A stretch of DNA of 62,993 nt, the filler included, from Sphacelaria rigidula (lineage: Eukaryota): NCBI GenBank assembly GCA_964200075.2. It is 11 parts of 11 records of this genome, joined end to end, with 100 filler letters (N's around TTAATTAATTAA, not from the genome) between each part and the next. Parts side by side here need not be neighbours in the genome. Positions count along the whole stretch, not along the records: positions 22,945 to 28,580 come from CAXNAA020025683.1; positions 28,681 to 34,316 come from CAXNAA020025684.1; positions 34,417 to 40,052 come from CAXNAA020025685.1; 8 more parts are not named here. The stretch is one strand, 5' to 3'. The notes beneath the pieces are model-generated. The model searched no databases. It saw nothing but the letters and a program-made list of their open reading frames with translations, and was not told the origin of the DNA. Positions 25,660 to 38,735 of this stretch are shown piece after piece (position 1 is the stretch's first letter; each line of letters begins with the position of its first letter). The position numbers were made by a program, and so were the translations under genes.

Positions 25660-28500
25660 TCAACGACAACACAAGGCTGCACGCAAAAGAAATCGGAAAG
25701 AACAAGCACTATCAAGCTTTATCAGTGTCCCACGCCGTGTCAGGGTTGAGTAAGACAGCTTTGTCGATGTCGCCTCGGTCGTGTCGTTGTAGGCACCAAG
25801 ATCCTCGGCGGGCGGTTGGCACCTCAGTGTAGTAGTCGTCATCGAGGCGGATTTTGTGGGGTTCAGGATCCCCGAGAAAACGAATGAAGTATGAGTTTTC
25901 CACTGCAGGATCAATAAAAAAAATTTACCCAGCCACCGCCGCAAATACATTGCTTTGTACCAAAAATACACGCCTCTTGGCAAGCGCTTCTTACAAAACG
26001 AGTCTGAGTGTTACGAACGAGAAACAAGGCAGTAGCCGGCAATGGCGAATCGTGCGAAGTGCTCCCGTGCCAGCTCACGAGCCGCTGCTCCCTTCCGCAT
26101 GGACTTATAGCGTTTGTTCAACGGACGGTGTTGTACAGCATCTCCTACCCTATACAGAAGTATTTATCTCCGAAAGTGGCGCAAATCAATTTCTCGTTCC
26201 CACGTAACACGCACGATACCTGCCCAGTGTGCCTGATACATAACCGCCATTTTACCTCATCGGCCTCGGATTAATTGATGGCCCGAGATGCGATCCACCA
26301 CCACACGCTCAAGAGGGCCGTGGGCATCTTCAACCGTCATGTGATACGGCGGAGCTTTGGCCGCAAAGTTGGTCAGCACGTACTGGCTGAGACCCATTGA
26401 CAATTGTTCGGGCATGTCGGTTGTACCATATGAGGGCAAGCACAGTTCACACCGAAGCATCGAAACTCAGTTTTTCGGTTTGATGCCAGGCTCATCCGTG
26501 GGAAAATCCAAATCCAAAAGTTTCTCGCCTACCGGACTATTGTCAGGTGCGATATCACAGGGCCCAATCACCAAGATTTTCCAAGGGTTAGTTCAATTCG
26601 AAAGACTTTTTCCATTTCAACACCTTATCCAAGCAAGACTTCTTGGAGCTAGCGCCCTGACCTTGCCCTGACGGACGGTTTTCACACCGTTGTACACCCA
26701 TGCACATTGATCTACTTTCCACACCGGACGGTTGTTTACCGTATAATCCAATACAGTGTTTGCCTTGGCTACTTTCGCTGCATTGATTTGATTCTGCTCG
26801 CGGGCCACATCATATGCAAGACGAAGACGATTACTAACAAAGATGTGGTCCTCCGCAACATCTCGATCCAAATTTTGATGGTCTCCGAAAGGTTTCCTTG
26901 CGAACACCGTCAGTTACAACCTGGGCATACGACCAATATGAACTTGATTGGGAGCCAATCCCGTGGCGGTATTGACTGAGTTGTTAGTAGTTCATCTGGA
27001 CCAGGGGCAAGTCCAAGTCCAAGTCTCAGTCCGTTTATCGTTCGTTAGTTACCGTTGCAAGCGTTTCGGCCATCGTGTGATTCACCCGTTCAGTCCCACC
27101 GCCTGTGGACGGGTGGTATGAGCTAGTAAAAATGCGTTGGGCACCCAGGAGGTTACTGATCGCGGCAGAAAGTTTGCCGGCGAAATGCGGGTCGCTATCG
27201 GACAACAATCGTTTGGGTACACCCCATTGCGGAGTGTATGTGTACACAAGGACGCTGGATGTACCTGCCGCACTGTAGTTTGTGCCTGCCGCACTGTAGT
27301 TGGTTTTCGAAACAGCATGCATCACCGTGTGTCGACTAAACCGATTCGTAAACAACAAAATGTACTTGTTACCACTATCAGAGAGAGGTAACGGATCAAA
27401 ACAACCCCACGATACTACTTGACCAGGCCCGTTGGGGAGTGGCATGGGAATAAGTTTCATCGAACCATTGGGCACACAGTTTTGCGCGCCTGACACAATA
27501 GACGACGTCTCACCCACCAACGTACACACTGATTCATACACGTTCACCAAGAAAAACGCCCAAGCATCTGACCGGTCGCCCCGGTGGCTCAGTTGGTAAC
27601 CTCGAAAGCTTCTGACGGTTGGGTCGTGGGTTCAAATCTGGAAGCGATCTGGGACTTTTTCTCACACAGTACCCAACAGAGGAGAGCGACTATGTCGTGG
27701 GTACACAAAATTCGACTGAACGGTTGACGAGGGAAAGGGATTGCTGAACCCCTTTCGCGATAATAAATAAAGGCAAGAACCACAGAAGGAAGCTGGGGTA
27801 CTAAAAATAAATAAATAAGAAAATTCTCCTGAGTTGACCTTCCCCCTGTTTGACCCTGGCTAGTGCGCCCACATACACCGAAAGGTGTAGACCGGCACCC
27901 AAAATAGATGGGACGACAACACACAACACACATATTTGAGAGGTCCTAGCGGCTCACAGGTGTGTCGATGCTTACGAATGGCATTCATGGAGAATCCATG
28001 GACGAAGAAGCATCGGCACATAAATTCGTGTGGGATCATCACCTAACAAACAGGCATGTTTACTGGTAGGTTTTCCCACACGAAGGGGCGCTGTGGGGCA
28101 GCGAAGAGAAAAAACGACGCCATCACCATCCGTGCACAGCGTACCTATTCGCGATATTTCAGTCACTTCATCCTGTGTGGGGGCTTTGTCGTCCCAACGG
28201 GCGAGAGGAATTCAATTGCTGGAAAAGGAGACGGACAGCCTTTGGATAAATAATGCATAGCCTCTCTAGACACAGGTTCAGCCTTATTGTTCCCTGGCCC
28301 AATCGGCGTGGGAGAAAAGGGCCATACGTTCCTCGAGTACACTCTCCAACGGTTTGTCCAAAATGAAAGGGTTTGTGTCACGGCCGTATTGACTCGAATC
28401 AGGGATATTTAGATCATGGACGGAGGAATCAGTTAGTGTATCTTCAAGCAGAACGTTGTTTTCGACTCTCACGTCGACCAGCGTGTTGGATGATGTGGCG
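25660..28500 (-). mobile_element. Degenerate Gypsy/Ty3 pol: integrase (zinc finger, core) and downstream chromodomain-like region
   Basis: YVPMLLRPWILHECH; PLPLSDSGNKYILLFTNRFSR; WGVPKRLLSD; TSSYHPSTGGGTERVNHTMA; VVDRISGHQLIRGR; frameshifts; interrupted by a SINE. Confidence 0.88.
27571..27931 (+). mobile_element. tRNA-derived SINE, family 1, inserted in the Gypsy integrase
   Basis: Full head (TGGCTCAGTTGG, GGTTCAAATC), body and CA tail. Confidence 0.85.
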
Positions 28501-29929
28501 TCAGTGCGGACACCATCACCGGAAGGGGGGGGGGGGGGGGTACTCATGATCATGCATGCCATAGTCATAAGACCATTGACNNNNNNNNNNNNNNNNNNNN
28601 NNNNNNNNNNNNNNNNNNNNNNNNTTAATTAATTAANNNNNNNNNNNNNNNNNNNNNNNNNNNNNNNNNNNNNNNNNNNNACATCATTCAATGTCACTTT
28701 TGTCCAAGATCACGGCTACGTCCTGCAGTCACATCATATCACACAAGAGCAACGTTCGTTTCTCCCCAAAACTCCACTGAAAACACGAACAAAAGTGCAG
28801 AAATGAAGGTAGAAGGTTGTTTTGAATTTTTCCCATGCCTGAAGTCATCCGGACACAGGGGGCAAGGAGCAGAGGCAGATATTTTACGAACCCCGCAAAG
28901 CCCACCAGACTTTTCGAATCCCCCCAGAGATATTTTACGAACCCCATCTGAGGGGGAAGGTGATGGGTTTGGGGAGCGTCTTATTCCTTTGACTCGAGAC
29001 GAAACAGCCAACACCTCATGAAAGTTTCAACTGTGTGTAGAGAGCACTGCGTGCCGACAATATTATAAGCAAATCAGCCACTCCCAGCGGAGATGAAACC
29101 GTCTCCACAAAGCACTGAAGACGCCACAGCGCAGCGACACCTACAACACACAAGACAGACCATAAGTGTGTTTGTGCTACAGCACAGTCATACAGCGCAT
29201 GCCCCATTCGATAGTCCTTGCCCTGATTTCAGGTGGGTCCTTGATTTTGCCCAGCGACGATTTTCAAACGCTCGGCCATAATCCCGATTGCGGCGAAAAT
29301 ATTTTATTTCACTTTGAGTTACCCCTATCTGTGGGAGGTGAGCAACGTTTTCAGGGTTTTACTTTTGTCTATTAAAAGGAGCGGCCTCACCAGCGACTCG
29401 ATACAGTACAGGCAGACCCTGTTGTACCGCTCAATCAAGAGGGGCGAGGTAGTTTGTTTTCACAAAACCACGTTTGTCGTCTCGAATGAAATACCGGAAG
29501 TCTGAAGGAAGCCGACTCGGAAGACAATTACAATAAGTTCAAATCAAAGTTCAAGACTGTGCAAGCCCGCTCCAGCGAGTGTGCATCCAGCAACCGGAGC
29601 AAGGCTGGTTCCTACTCACCTCCGTGAACTCCTCTGCATTCGCATCCAATTGCTGTGACCTAACCCTAACCTCATTTTATAGAACCCCATGTTAACTACT
29701 ATTGCCATCATCCAGCGATGAGGGGGGTACCCCCCCCTGTGAAATTTGGTACCCCCCCTCCGACCCCAGGATGAGGTTTGTGCGGAAAAAGAGGGGGTGG
29801 TGCATGGATTTCCCGGTATGGGGCCCCTCGGGTCTAAAGCCACGAAGCGTAGCTTCACTCCCATCTTAGAGACCATCACGCCAGATAACACCTGTTCACA
29901 GGACCATGCAAAACTCCATCCAACTCGTT

Positions 29930-30360
29930 CTCAGCTACCGCCATAACCCTGCAGCATAGAGCACGACTTAAGCATAGGGATGGTACACTGCTGCAGTAGT
30001 CGGGTGTTCTTTGTTTTATTTTCTGTTGGCGAAAACTTGTGCATCTTCTCTCATGGCAGGGATCAGCGATGGAACTGCGTGGTACGGTTGGCAATCGAGT
30101 TGCGTGCACGCTCATGGACTGCAGGCAGTACAAAGCTGCACGTCGTTGAAGTCCTTTTCACGTCGCATTGTAAGCAGAGAGAACTGATAGTCCTTGGGTG
30201 TCTGCACTGCACGCTGCCCGCTTCTCCTGTATATCCTCTGCACGAAACACGCACACACGCACTCAAGACACCCTGCTTGCAAGCAGTGCAAGCAGTGCAA
30301 GCAGTGCAAGCAGTACAGACTGTATGTACTGTACACGAGCGACCATGTACCGTTTCACAA
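29930..30360. repeat. Unclassified dispersed repeat containing a (gcaagcagt)n tract
   Basis: Homologous to 39175-39560 and, reverse-complemented, 24270-24330. Confidence 0.6.
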
Positions 30361-31094
30361 ATTTCACGAATATAGTACAATCGAAGTGGAGTTTGTGGTG
30401 TTGCCAAATAATGTCGTCTAGCAAGCTAGCTACCTAGCCGTATTCTTCCCGGGTGCAATCGTCGTTAGTGCACATGGATGCAGTTATTCTTGTGTTTGGT
30501 GAAGAAATGTCCCGCCATGAACACGCTGCTTTGGTTCGGGTTCTTGTTCAGAGTTTTTCACGATCTTGAGGAGGCTTTTGTGGTTCGGGATCGACACCCC
30601 GCAAAAAGAGCCAGTGTGAGCGACTTTCGTTGGCCAGAACACGCGCCACAGGTATCAGATGACATCCGTCACACCTGAACTGTAATGTACCGCTGACCCT
30701 TCTTCATGCACTGCAAAAGAAAGCGCGGGCAAAGATGCCTTGCAGCCAGAGAGCACTCGGCAAAAGTGGCGAAAAATGCGAAATGATACATGTGCATATA
30801 TAATGCACATATTATATACATATATGGGTACCTAGGATTACGTTCAGAGCTCTAGGCGCACGACTAACGAGAACCGGGCTCACGAGAGCGAAGCGGGGCA
30901 ACTCGAACTACTCTGAAAACAGTACACTTTAAGCAACCCTTCACCTCCACGTAACCTCACAAGTTGGGACGTTTTGAAAAAGCTAGGGGTGCTCTACACA
31001 GTTTTTCCATCACAGCACGGTGTTCAGGCACGCGAAACGTCGGTGTACAAGCATAGTTACCACTAACCAAAGTATGTGTTCGCTTCGGCCATCG

Positions 31095-31470
31095 TAAAGG
31101 GGCATTACCACAGTCTCTGACATGTGGCATCAGCAATGGTTGATATTTTAAACATCTGACATGTGGCATCAGCAATGGTTGTTTCAAACATCAAAATATG
31201 GCATGGAAGAGTGTAAGGCGAAGCTAGCTTGAGCGCGTACAGCACACGTGTTCTGCCGAGTGAGAGAGTCCAATAATCTCAGAGTTATCGAGTCGGCTTT
31301 TGTCTACTAGCGCTGGAACTCCGATCACCAGTGAAGATTTCTAAGTTTGAACTTTTCGTTCACCTTGGTCAAATGCGCGTCGGTTAATCGGTGAATCGGA
31401 GATTTCTAAGTTTGAACTTTTCGTTGACCTTGGTCAAATGCGCCTCGGTTAATCGGTGAATCGGAGAATT
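31095..31470. repeat. Two short tandem duplications (~39-bp unit at 31115-31185; ~64-bp unit at 31335-31467)
   Basis: tctgacatgtggcatcagcaatggttg x2; agatttctaagtttgaacttttcgtt...gtgaatcgg x2. Confidence 0.85.
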
Positions 31471-32299
31471 AAACTTTTTACCGGAGGTTGCCCAAGTACA
31501 TTGACCCGATTGACCCTCCCGTTTCAAGGTTGGACAAATGGAAGGGTATAAGGCGAACCTAGATTGACCGTCGCGTTTCAAGGTTAGACAAATGGGAGGG
31601 TGTAAGGAAAACCTAGCTTCGGCGCGTACAGCATACGCGCCTCTGTGTAGGGGAGTCTGTAGATATGGAGAGTCGGCATGAACTTTTCGACCATAACGCT
31701 GGGTTTTGAGGTATCCAAGTTTTGCGGGCATGAGGTCGTCTTCGTAGTGTCTCCGTGTGCAACTCGACTTTTGCTGTTGGCAAGTAGTGTAGGCCGTCTC
31801 CACCTTCAAAGTAAGCAGTTGTCCTTCCTGCTTTCGTGTCCAGCTGGGCGGGCTTACGATCTGCCTGCTATTTGCCACTTAGTCACGTATGATGCTGCGC
31901 GTCGTGCGGTCAATGTTATGTCCTTCAAACAATATGTTTTCTACGCATCATTTTTTTGTCTTCCAAGCTCACCCCTCACCCCTATATGCCTCTTCATCGC
32001 TCGCGCTGACTGGTGAATGTAATATTCATCACCATCATCTCCTACCTCACCAACAAAGTGCGTTGCGGCATCCCTGTACGTGTAGCTCAACCACCACAGC
32101 TTCACCCTCTTGGTATCCCCCGATACCATTATATACACCAACGCGTATACCTCTTCTTTCATGGCATTTTCTCATCCTTTACTTGAGGTCGGGACGCCTC
32201 TACTTGAGGACGGGGCCGCCTTGACGGCGGCCCCGTCCAATCCTTGTTTATATATATATAACAATTAATTCATTTATCTTTTTCGCCGTTGAAGAGCAT

Positions 32300-33400
32300 T
32301 GGACGCAGGTGCACTTTTTCCATATTTTTCACTTGGTTTTAGAGTACAGCTAAACGGCGTTCCCACAAGCTCTGAGAGGCCAGCATTTGCTCACACTTGA
32401 TTTTAGAGTACGGCGACACGGTGTCATTCGGTCGTCCTCAGAAGCTCAGAGAGGCGAGCATTTGCTCTTACTCGATTTTAGAGTACAGCGAACGGGGTCA
32501 TTTCGTTCTCTCAAGCTCCGACAAAGCAGCATTGCATGATTCCCCTTCAGGAGGTTTCGGAGGTTCCGGGAGCATCGCTCTCACGGCAGTACTCTGCATG
32601 GTATTTTCCGCCTTCTTTCCTCACCATGGCGGTAGACCCTTCGTGCGCCCATGTCACACCGCACACAGGACTGTCAGAATCGTTCCCAGAGGCTCTGAGA
32701 TAGGTGCACTTTTTCACTTGCTTTTAGAATACGGTGAAACGGGGTCTCTGAGAGGCCAGCGTTTACTCACACTTGATTTTAGAGTACGGCGACACGGTGT
32801 CATTCGGTCGTCCTCAGAAGCTCAGAGAGGCGAGCATTTGCTCTAACTTACAGCGAACGGGGTCATTTCGTTCTCTCAAGCTCCAACAAAGCAGCATTGC
32901 ATGATTCCCCTTCAGGAGGTTTCGGGAGCATCGCTCCCACGGCAGTGCTCTGCATGGTGTTTTCCGCCTTCTTTCCTCGCCATGGCGGTAGACCCTTCGT
33001 GCGCCCATGCCACACGGCACACAGGACTGCCAGAATCGTTCCCAGAGGCTCTGAGATAGGTGCATTTTTTCACTTGCTTTTAGAATACGGTGAAACGGGG
33101 TCTCCTTGTGAGCTCAGAGAGGCGAGCATTTGCTCTAACTTACAGCGAACGGGGTCATTTCGTTCTCTCAAGCTCCAACAAAGCAGTTTTGCATGATTCC
33201 CCTTCAGGAGGTTTCGGGAGCATCGCTCCCACGGCAGTACTCTGCATGGTGTTTTCCGCCTTCTTTCCTCGCCATGGCGGTAGACCCTTCGTGCGCCCAT
33301 GCCACACGGCACACAGGACTGTCAGAATCGTTCCCAGAGGCTCTGAGACAGGTGCACTTTTTCACTTGCTTTTAGAATACGGTGAAACGGGGTCTCTTTG
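32300..33400. repeat. Complex tandem repeat, about three units of ~293-375 bp
   Basis: gctcagagaggcgagcatttgctct at ~32443, 32820 and 33112, with near-identical unit bodies. Confidence 0.92.
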
Positions 33401-33403
33401 TGA

Positions 33404-34000
33404 CCCCTTGACCGTCCAAGTAACTGATGACGATTTAACAACAGATGACCTATCATGGCGGTCAAATGGTCAAATTCGTTGCCACTATATGGGTTCTTGG
33501 TTTGCGGGGGCGGTTAGTTCCTCAGGTTCACTTTTGATTGTGATGCGTTGTTTTGAGCCTTCGTACATGCTCATCACCCATGTTGCTCTTCGTGCTGAAA
33601 ACGAAACAAACAACAAGTTTTTTTGAAAATCGAACCGGCATCATGCTCATGAAACAGTCAGAAGACACGACAATTTTTTTCCCGCCGCTTTCCGTCAACC
33701 ATTTGACAGCGAAAATTAGGCAATCTGTTGAAGTGGCATCAATTTCACTCAATAAAAGTGTCTACGATCCAGATTTGCTACCGTGCTCAGTCCATGAGCT
33801 TACACAACGCACACAGCTGTCACCGGTGCTCATGTACCTTGGCTGTCGATCCACTGATCGTGGTGGTGAAGCCGGAGAAACGCCACGTTGCGGTTGTCGT
33901 GTGCTCAACTGCCCTGCTATTTCTGGAGTCTGTTTCGTACAATGGGTCATGTCTGTGATGTTGAAGCCGGGGTTGTCCGTGTTTCGGGAGATATCGGTCG
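33404..34000 (-). mobile_element. Possible decayed piggyBac 3' end (Cys-rich C-terminal domain remnant)
   Basis: Minus-strand CVRC...TSTDCLIFAVK...DCF spacing resembles the piggyBac CRD; CCCCTTG terminus-like motif at 33404. Confidence 0.25.
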
Positions 34001-34654
34001 CTACTGTTGGTCGACTGTACTTTGCTGTTTAGGCCGGATGTTATGGCAAACAGATTTTTGGCCCACGGGTTGTTCACCTTAGGGACATTTGACCCCCTTT
34101 TTGATCCCCAAACAGGGAAAATCGCCAACACACGTCTTCTTGGACACTTTTCATCACCCCACAGAGAGGAGCCTAGCCCATTTTTCAGATTCGCTTGGCT
34201 CCGAGGTTTCAAGATTGGCCGCTGAACAAACATTCGTGTGCGAAAATCCGTGCTTGCCGACCCCCGCCAGTTCGCCTAATATTCTGTGGAGATCGCCGTA
34301 GATTTTGTTGCACACGNNNNNNNNNNNNNNNNNNNNNNNNNNNNNNNNNNNNNNNNNNNNTTAATTAATTAANNNNNNNNNNNNNNNNNNNNNNNNNNNN
34401 NNNNNNNNNNNNNNNNCTCCAAATATTCGCCGGCGCATCCGCCTGCAAACGTTCATGCAGCCTCTAGGCTAGCCCCGCTCGTACTCATTATTTTACGACG
34501 AATATTTCACCCTTCGGATATTACTACGATCTTTGTTTTAACGATGAATCGTGACTGTTTTTACCGCTTATTCGGGCATTATATATATTCGGAACTGTTG
34601 TTTCTCAAATTCCAACATTAAGCTCGTTCGTTTGTCTTGAACTCGCTTCGTGGG

Positions 34655-34915
34655 TGATGTAGCCAAACGATTCCAAGCCGTAGGTTTCGGTATAGTCGCA
34701 TGCATGATGGGAGCAATGGCAGGGGACAGGGGATCCTGGACTGATGGCCCTTTTTGTGTGGCCCCTGGCTGTCTGGCTCGTGATTTGATCTGTTGAGGAT
34801 CACTCCGTGATAATAACAAGTTCGAAGAAAGGACTTGTAGAGCACGAGGGGGCAGTGATACTGGAGGAGCCCCTTGCTGGAAGTCTTCTTGCCCAGGTCG
34901 TCTGGCAGAGGCAAC
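34655..34915. repeat. Dispersed repeat shared with 52670-52880
   Basis: gatggcccttt...gtctggctcgtgat...gatcactccgtgat...gtctggcagaggc. Confidence 0.8.
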
Positions 34916-35659
34916 AGGTCTTGCGATGCATACTGCAAAATACGCATTACACACATCAACACTCCCTGTAAAAGCATCGCGGGGGGGGGGCGACGTGACG
35001 ACGCGCACCATGAGAGAATTTTTCATGTATTGCTCTATCGGCCTCACTTCATATACGGCCCCGTCCTACTTGGCTTGGATGCTTAGTCCAGTGTCTTTTT
35101 GGGTGTCTCCGCGTCGACATGTGGGCGCAGATTTTTGGGTGTCTATCTGGATCATTACGGCCGTCTTGTGACCATAGCTGGGTTCTTCGCGGACTGATTA
35201 ATGTGTAACAAATCTATCAATCAGAACATTCAACGGAGGGACTTGACTCTGGCTTCCTGATGCTGTACAGCGTGTTTCTCATCACATGGATGGAGCCGCA
35301 CTGGCGAATGCAGGGAGCCTGCAGTCGTCGGAAACTGTACAAGCAGAAAAGCCAACAGCCGCCGACAGTACAGCTAGAATGGCCGGTCCAACTTTGTTTC
35401 GGTTCAGAATCAACCGAGTGCCCTCGTAGTGCGGACATTTACTTCGCCAGCTATATGACTCTTCCCAAATTTCGGTGCCGGCACCAGCTTGCCATGCAAA
35501 ATATTGGTTGTTATCGAACTTTTCGTCGGTGGGGCACACCTGTCGGCGGTTTCATCTTCACTGCGCCTGTAGCTGGGTCAGATCCAGCGCAGCGGGCAAG
35601 ACAAAACTAGTACGAAGTATAATATATTTTCAGCCATTTTTTCTCTGTTGGTCGTCCAA

Positions 35660-35860
35660 GTGCTCCCAGCTCGTTCACAATAACGTGTTTTTGTCCAAGA
35701 TCGGGACTGCAGGCACCGATTTGAGGTCTGCCAACCCACACCTTGTCTAGGACATCTGCTACACCCCCCGTGCCCGAGGGTTCTCACATGTCCTCATTGG
35801 GGTTAGGGTTAGTGTTAGCGTTAGGGTTGCGGCATCTCATCTGTAGTACCAACCATTATT
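35660..35860 (+). repeat. Dispersed repeat with interstitial telomere-like hexamers
   Basis: ggggttagggttagtgttagcgttagggtt within a family body homologous to 1390-1565. Confidence 0.75.
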
Positions 35861-37123
35861 TCCGACCATTTGGTAATCAGTCCTCATTTTTTTCCGCCGT
35901 GGGCAATTCGGATCATACCGCACACCCATTTTCGCATGCAGCCAAGCAATACTGTTGTATGCACGGCAAAATTGCTGGTACGACAAGCCGCACATGCCAC
36001 ATCGCGGGATTTTCGATTTCCCTCATTTCCAGTCCAGCTGGTGTAGAACCGCAATATATAGCCCAACCCCTATCTGACGTGCTGACCCCAAAAATAAATG
36101 CACATTGACAGAGTTAATATTGGCACCGCAGGGGCCAAGTCGAGCAAAACGTCCAACGCGCGCAGCGGAGCATCTGAAATATCCAGCCCCGAATAGACCC
36201 GAATACATTGAGTCTTCTCCACAATGTCGGCAGCTCTTTCTCAACCATAGATTCTGCTGATCAACCCGCCTAAAACTCCAGTGCCGAAAGAGACGATTAT
36301 GCGATATGGTGCGGAATAATAATTCAGACGGTGTTGTGGGGTCGTGCGCATGCCCATAAACTCTTGTTGGGCAGACGTACCTTGTTTTCCCTGCCAACTC
36401 CCGCAAAACAGGTGGCCAATCAGCGTACATGCACGCTACACTTGTCGGACTCTTCCTCCCCGCGTCCCCTTCACTGCATATTGCATTTCTGACCCAAGCC
36501 GGCAACAGCACCTCGCCCGCTACTCCTGTCGGATCCAGCCCGTAGTCTTCCACCGATAAAGTGCACGAAGCAGTAGAGTAACAGCTGATCAAGATGAAGG
36601 TGATCTCTTGCTGCTCTCGCCTTGCGATCGTCGCGGCCGCCGCGACCGCTGTAGCAGGAGCAGGTGTCGCCACCGAACAGGTCAGATTTTTAGATGAGGC
36701 CTCTGCTGCTGTATAGTTGGCTTGATGAAAAATCATGGCATGTAGTTTGCGAGCGAGACTTGCGCCATGGGAGGTCCTGATCCATGATCCGCGTTGAGAT
36801 CTCACCGAACATATGAGATGGAAAAGTACTGGAGGTGACAGGTGCCCACGTCTTGAACACAATACTTCGGTGACTGCATTCAATGAAAATTCGTCGATAG
36901 GTGGCGAAGGCCTGCTGGTCACCCTTGCATTGTGTTCGATGCGAACATGGCTGCGAGGGAGGAGGCTCATAATATTATGCTGTCCTGAGTATGCACTTGG
37001 TACTCACTGTACGCGTCTTCACAAGCCGCTTGTCGCCGAGTCAAGTACCTCAATGACTGCTGCACCAGTACACGCCGCGACGTTGCACTGCTGCCGATTT
37101 GAATACCGTTTGAACTGCTGCAG

Positions 37124-37330
37124 GATAAGATATCGAAATTCCATCCCGAGGATTTCGTGTACCCCCTCGGTGGACCCGAAGCTGATATGGTAAATGCTGC
37201 CGGCCTTCAGTCCCGGCGGGTCACCGTGAGTGAGCTGTCGGCGCTTGAGGGACAGGGTCTTTCCATGGTTGTGGTCAACATTGAGGCCTGTGCAGTCAAC
37301 TTGGCTCATTCGCACCCCCGAGCGGCGCAG
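37124..37330 (+). CDS. Germin/spherulin-like cupin exon (possibly a pseudogene)
   Basis: CAG|DKISKFHPEDFVYPL...VSELSALEGQGLSMVVVNIEACAVNLAHSHPRAAQ|GTGAGT; 207 nt; matches DFVF, PAL.G.G+S and germin box NxPHxHPRAxE. Confidence 0.75.
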
Positions 37331-38487
37331 GTGAGTACTGTGTGGTACACAGCTGGCGACGACACGGCTGTACTCGGCCGAGACCTGATGCGTTTTTGAA
37401 ATGGTGCTTTGACGAGAACGATGGAAAGAGGATCAGTCAAGAGAGGGTGTGGGACACGTCAACACCCTGTCGAATGCTTCAATTGTCAATGTGTACTCTT
37501 GTTGGCATGAGAAGAGTCCCCCCCCCCTCCATTAGGAGGCGGAACACGTGAATCCGAGCGCCACAATCCCAGACTGCTGGTAGATGAACCTTTGTCCACC
37601 ATGGGGCGACATCTGTAGCGCGGCCCTCATTTTAACCTGTAAACCCGTAGATGATCAAGCCTCGCGGCTAGTGTTGGATAATCAACCATTTGGAACTTCG
37701 ATACGATTCCGACTTGTTCAGCGTTCGAGAACAATATTTTTCGATAATTTCGGCGAAACCTAACCCCGGCGAGCGCATCGACCGCGCGCTGTGCGAGTCC
37801 CAGATGCCCGCTGCCCCCCCCCTCCCTCGCGCGCGGGTCATGAGGCGGCCCTGCTGGAGGCGCCGCCGGAGGCGGGAACATTGGGATACCTGGCTTCATT
37901 TCATATTCCCATCGAAATTAGTCTAGGAGACAACTTGTTCGGATTTGAAAACCCCCGGTGGTCACACCACACGTTTAATCGTTTTATATCAAAATGCTTT
38001 CGGTACGATATCTAACAATACTGGCATCCGAACCCTCCGAAGTGACGCTCGACGGCCGAGGAGGACCATAGTTGCCCTGTTGGCGGTCATCTCTCACCCA
38101 CGCTGATGAAGAGATGGTTGACGCAATGGCGGTGTAACTGCCACAACAATCAAATGTTCGCGCCCTGCACAAACAGCACGTGGTGAGGTCTGCGTGCCCA
38201 TGCACTCAAGGGTCCCTTGATGCTAATATGTTCCCGTTGTGCCCGACTCATACCGAGAGCCCTCGGGCAAAGGCGGTTCATGGCATTTCCGAGAAAACGT
38301 GCGGTCTTCGTGGACACCAAATCGGCGCCCGTGGCGCCGAGTTCAACCTAAACGTGATCTGCGCACGCAGGGAGCACGCGGACTGTCGGTTCTACGAGAG
38401 ATCCGATTCTCCTCGTTTTTTTATTATTATTATTTCTCGTACACAAGGAAATCGAGCAATATCAACCATCATTTATAGCTCAACGCC

Positions 38488-38735
38488 TTAACCCTTGGAC
38501 CTCGAGTATAGTCTTCCTGGACCACGCATACTTTTTTCAAGTTAAATTGATGCCGATTCCACACATGACCTACTCTCAACAGTGTTTTCGTGAGATTGAG
38601 AGTAGATGATGCGATTGACAGTGGCTTTGATCATTCGCTTTGGACTACGAGAGGTCATCTTATGTTGAATCGGCATCAGTTTTACTTGAAGAAAGTATGC
38701 ATGATCCAGGTAGACTACCCTCGCAGTCTAAGGGC
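38488..38735. mobile_element. Two piggyBac-like MITE copies flanking a TIR fragment
   Basis: ttaacccttggacc... and ...gtctaaggg; homologous to 50947-51043. Confidence 0.55.

Noticed and set aside
32397..33626. Repeated ORFs (MHDSPSGGFG...) as a repeat-protein gene
   Set aside because: The frame is not preserved between tandem units; by-product of the satellite
36023..36970. 315-aa ORF on the minus strand
   Set aside because: No recognisable domain and atypical composition; probably chance or decayed TE. A BLAST/HHpred hit would overturn this
37385..37440. FLKWCFDENDGKR as the next cupin exon (resembles FVEENGGR)
   Set aside because: Too close to the donor, no suitable in-phase acceptor, and no germin box 2 follows
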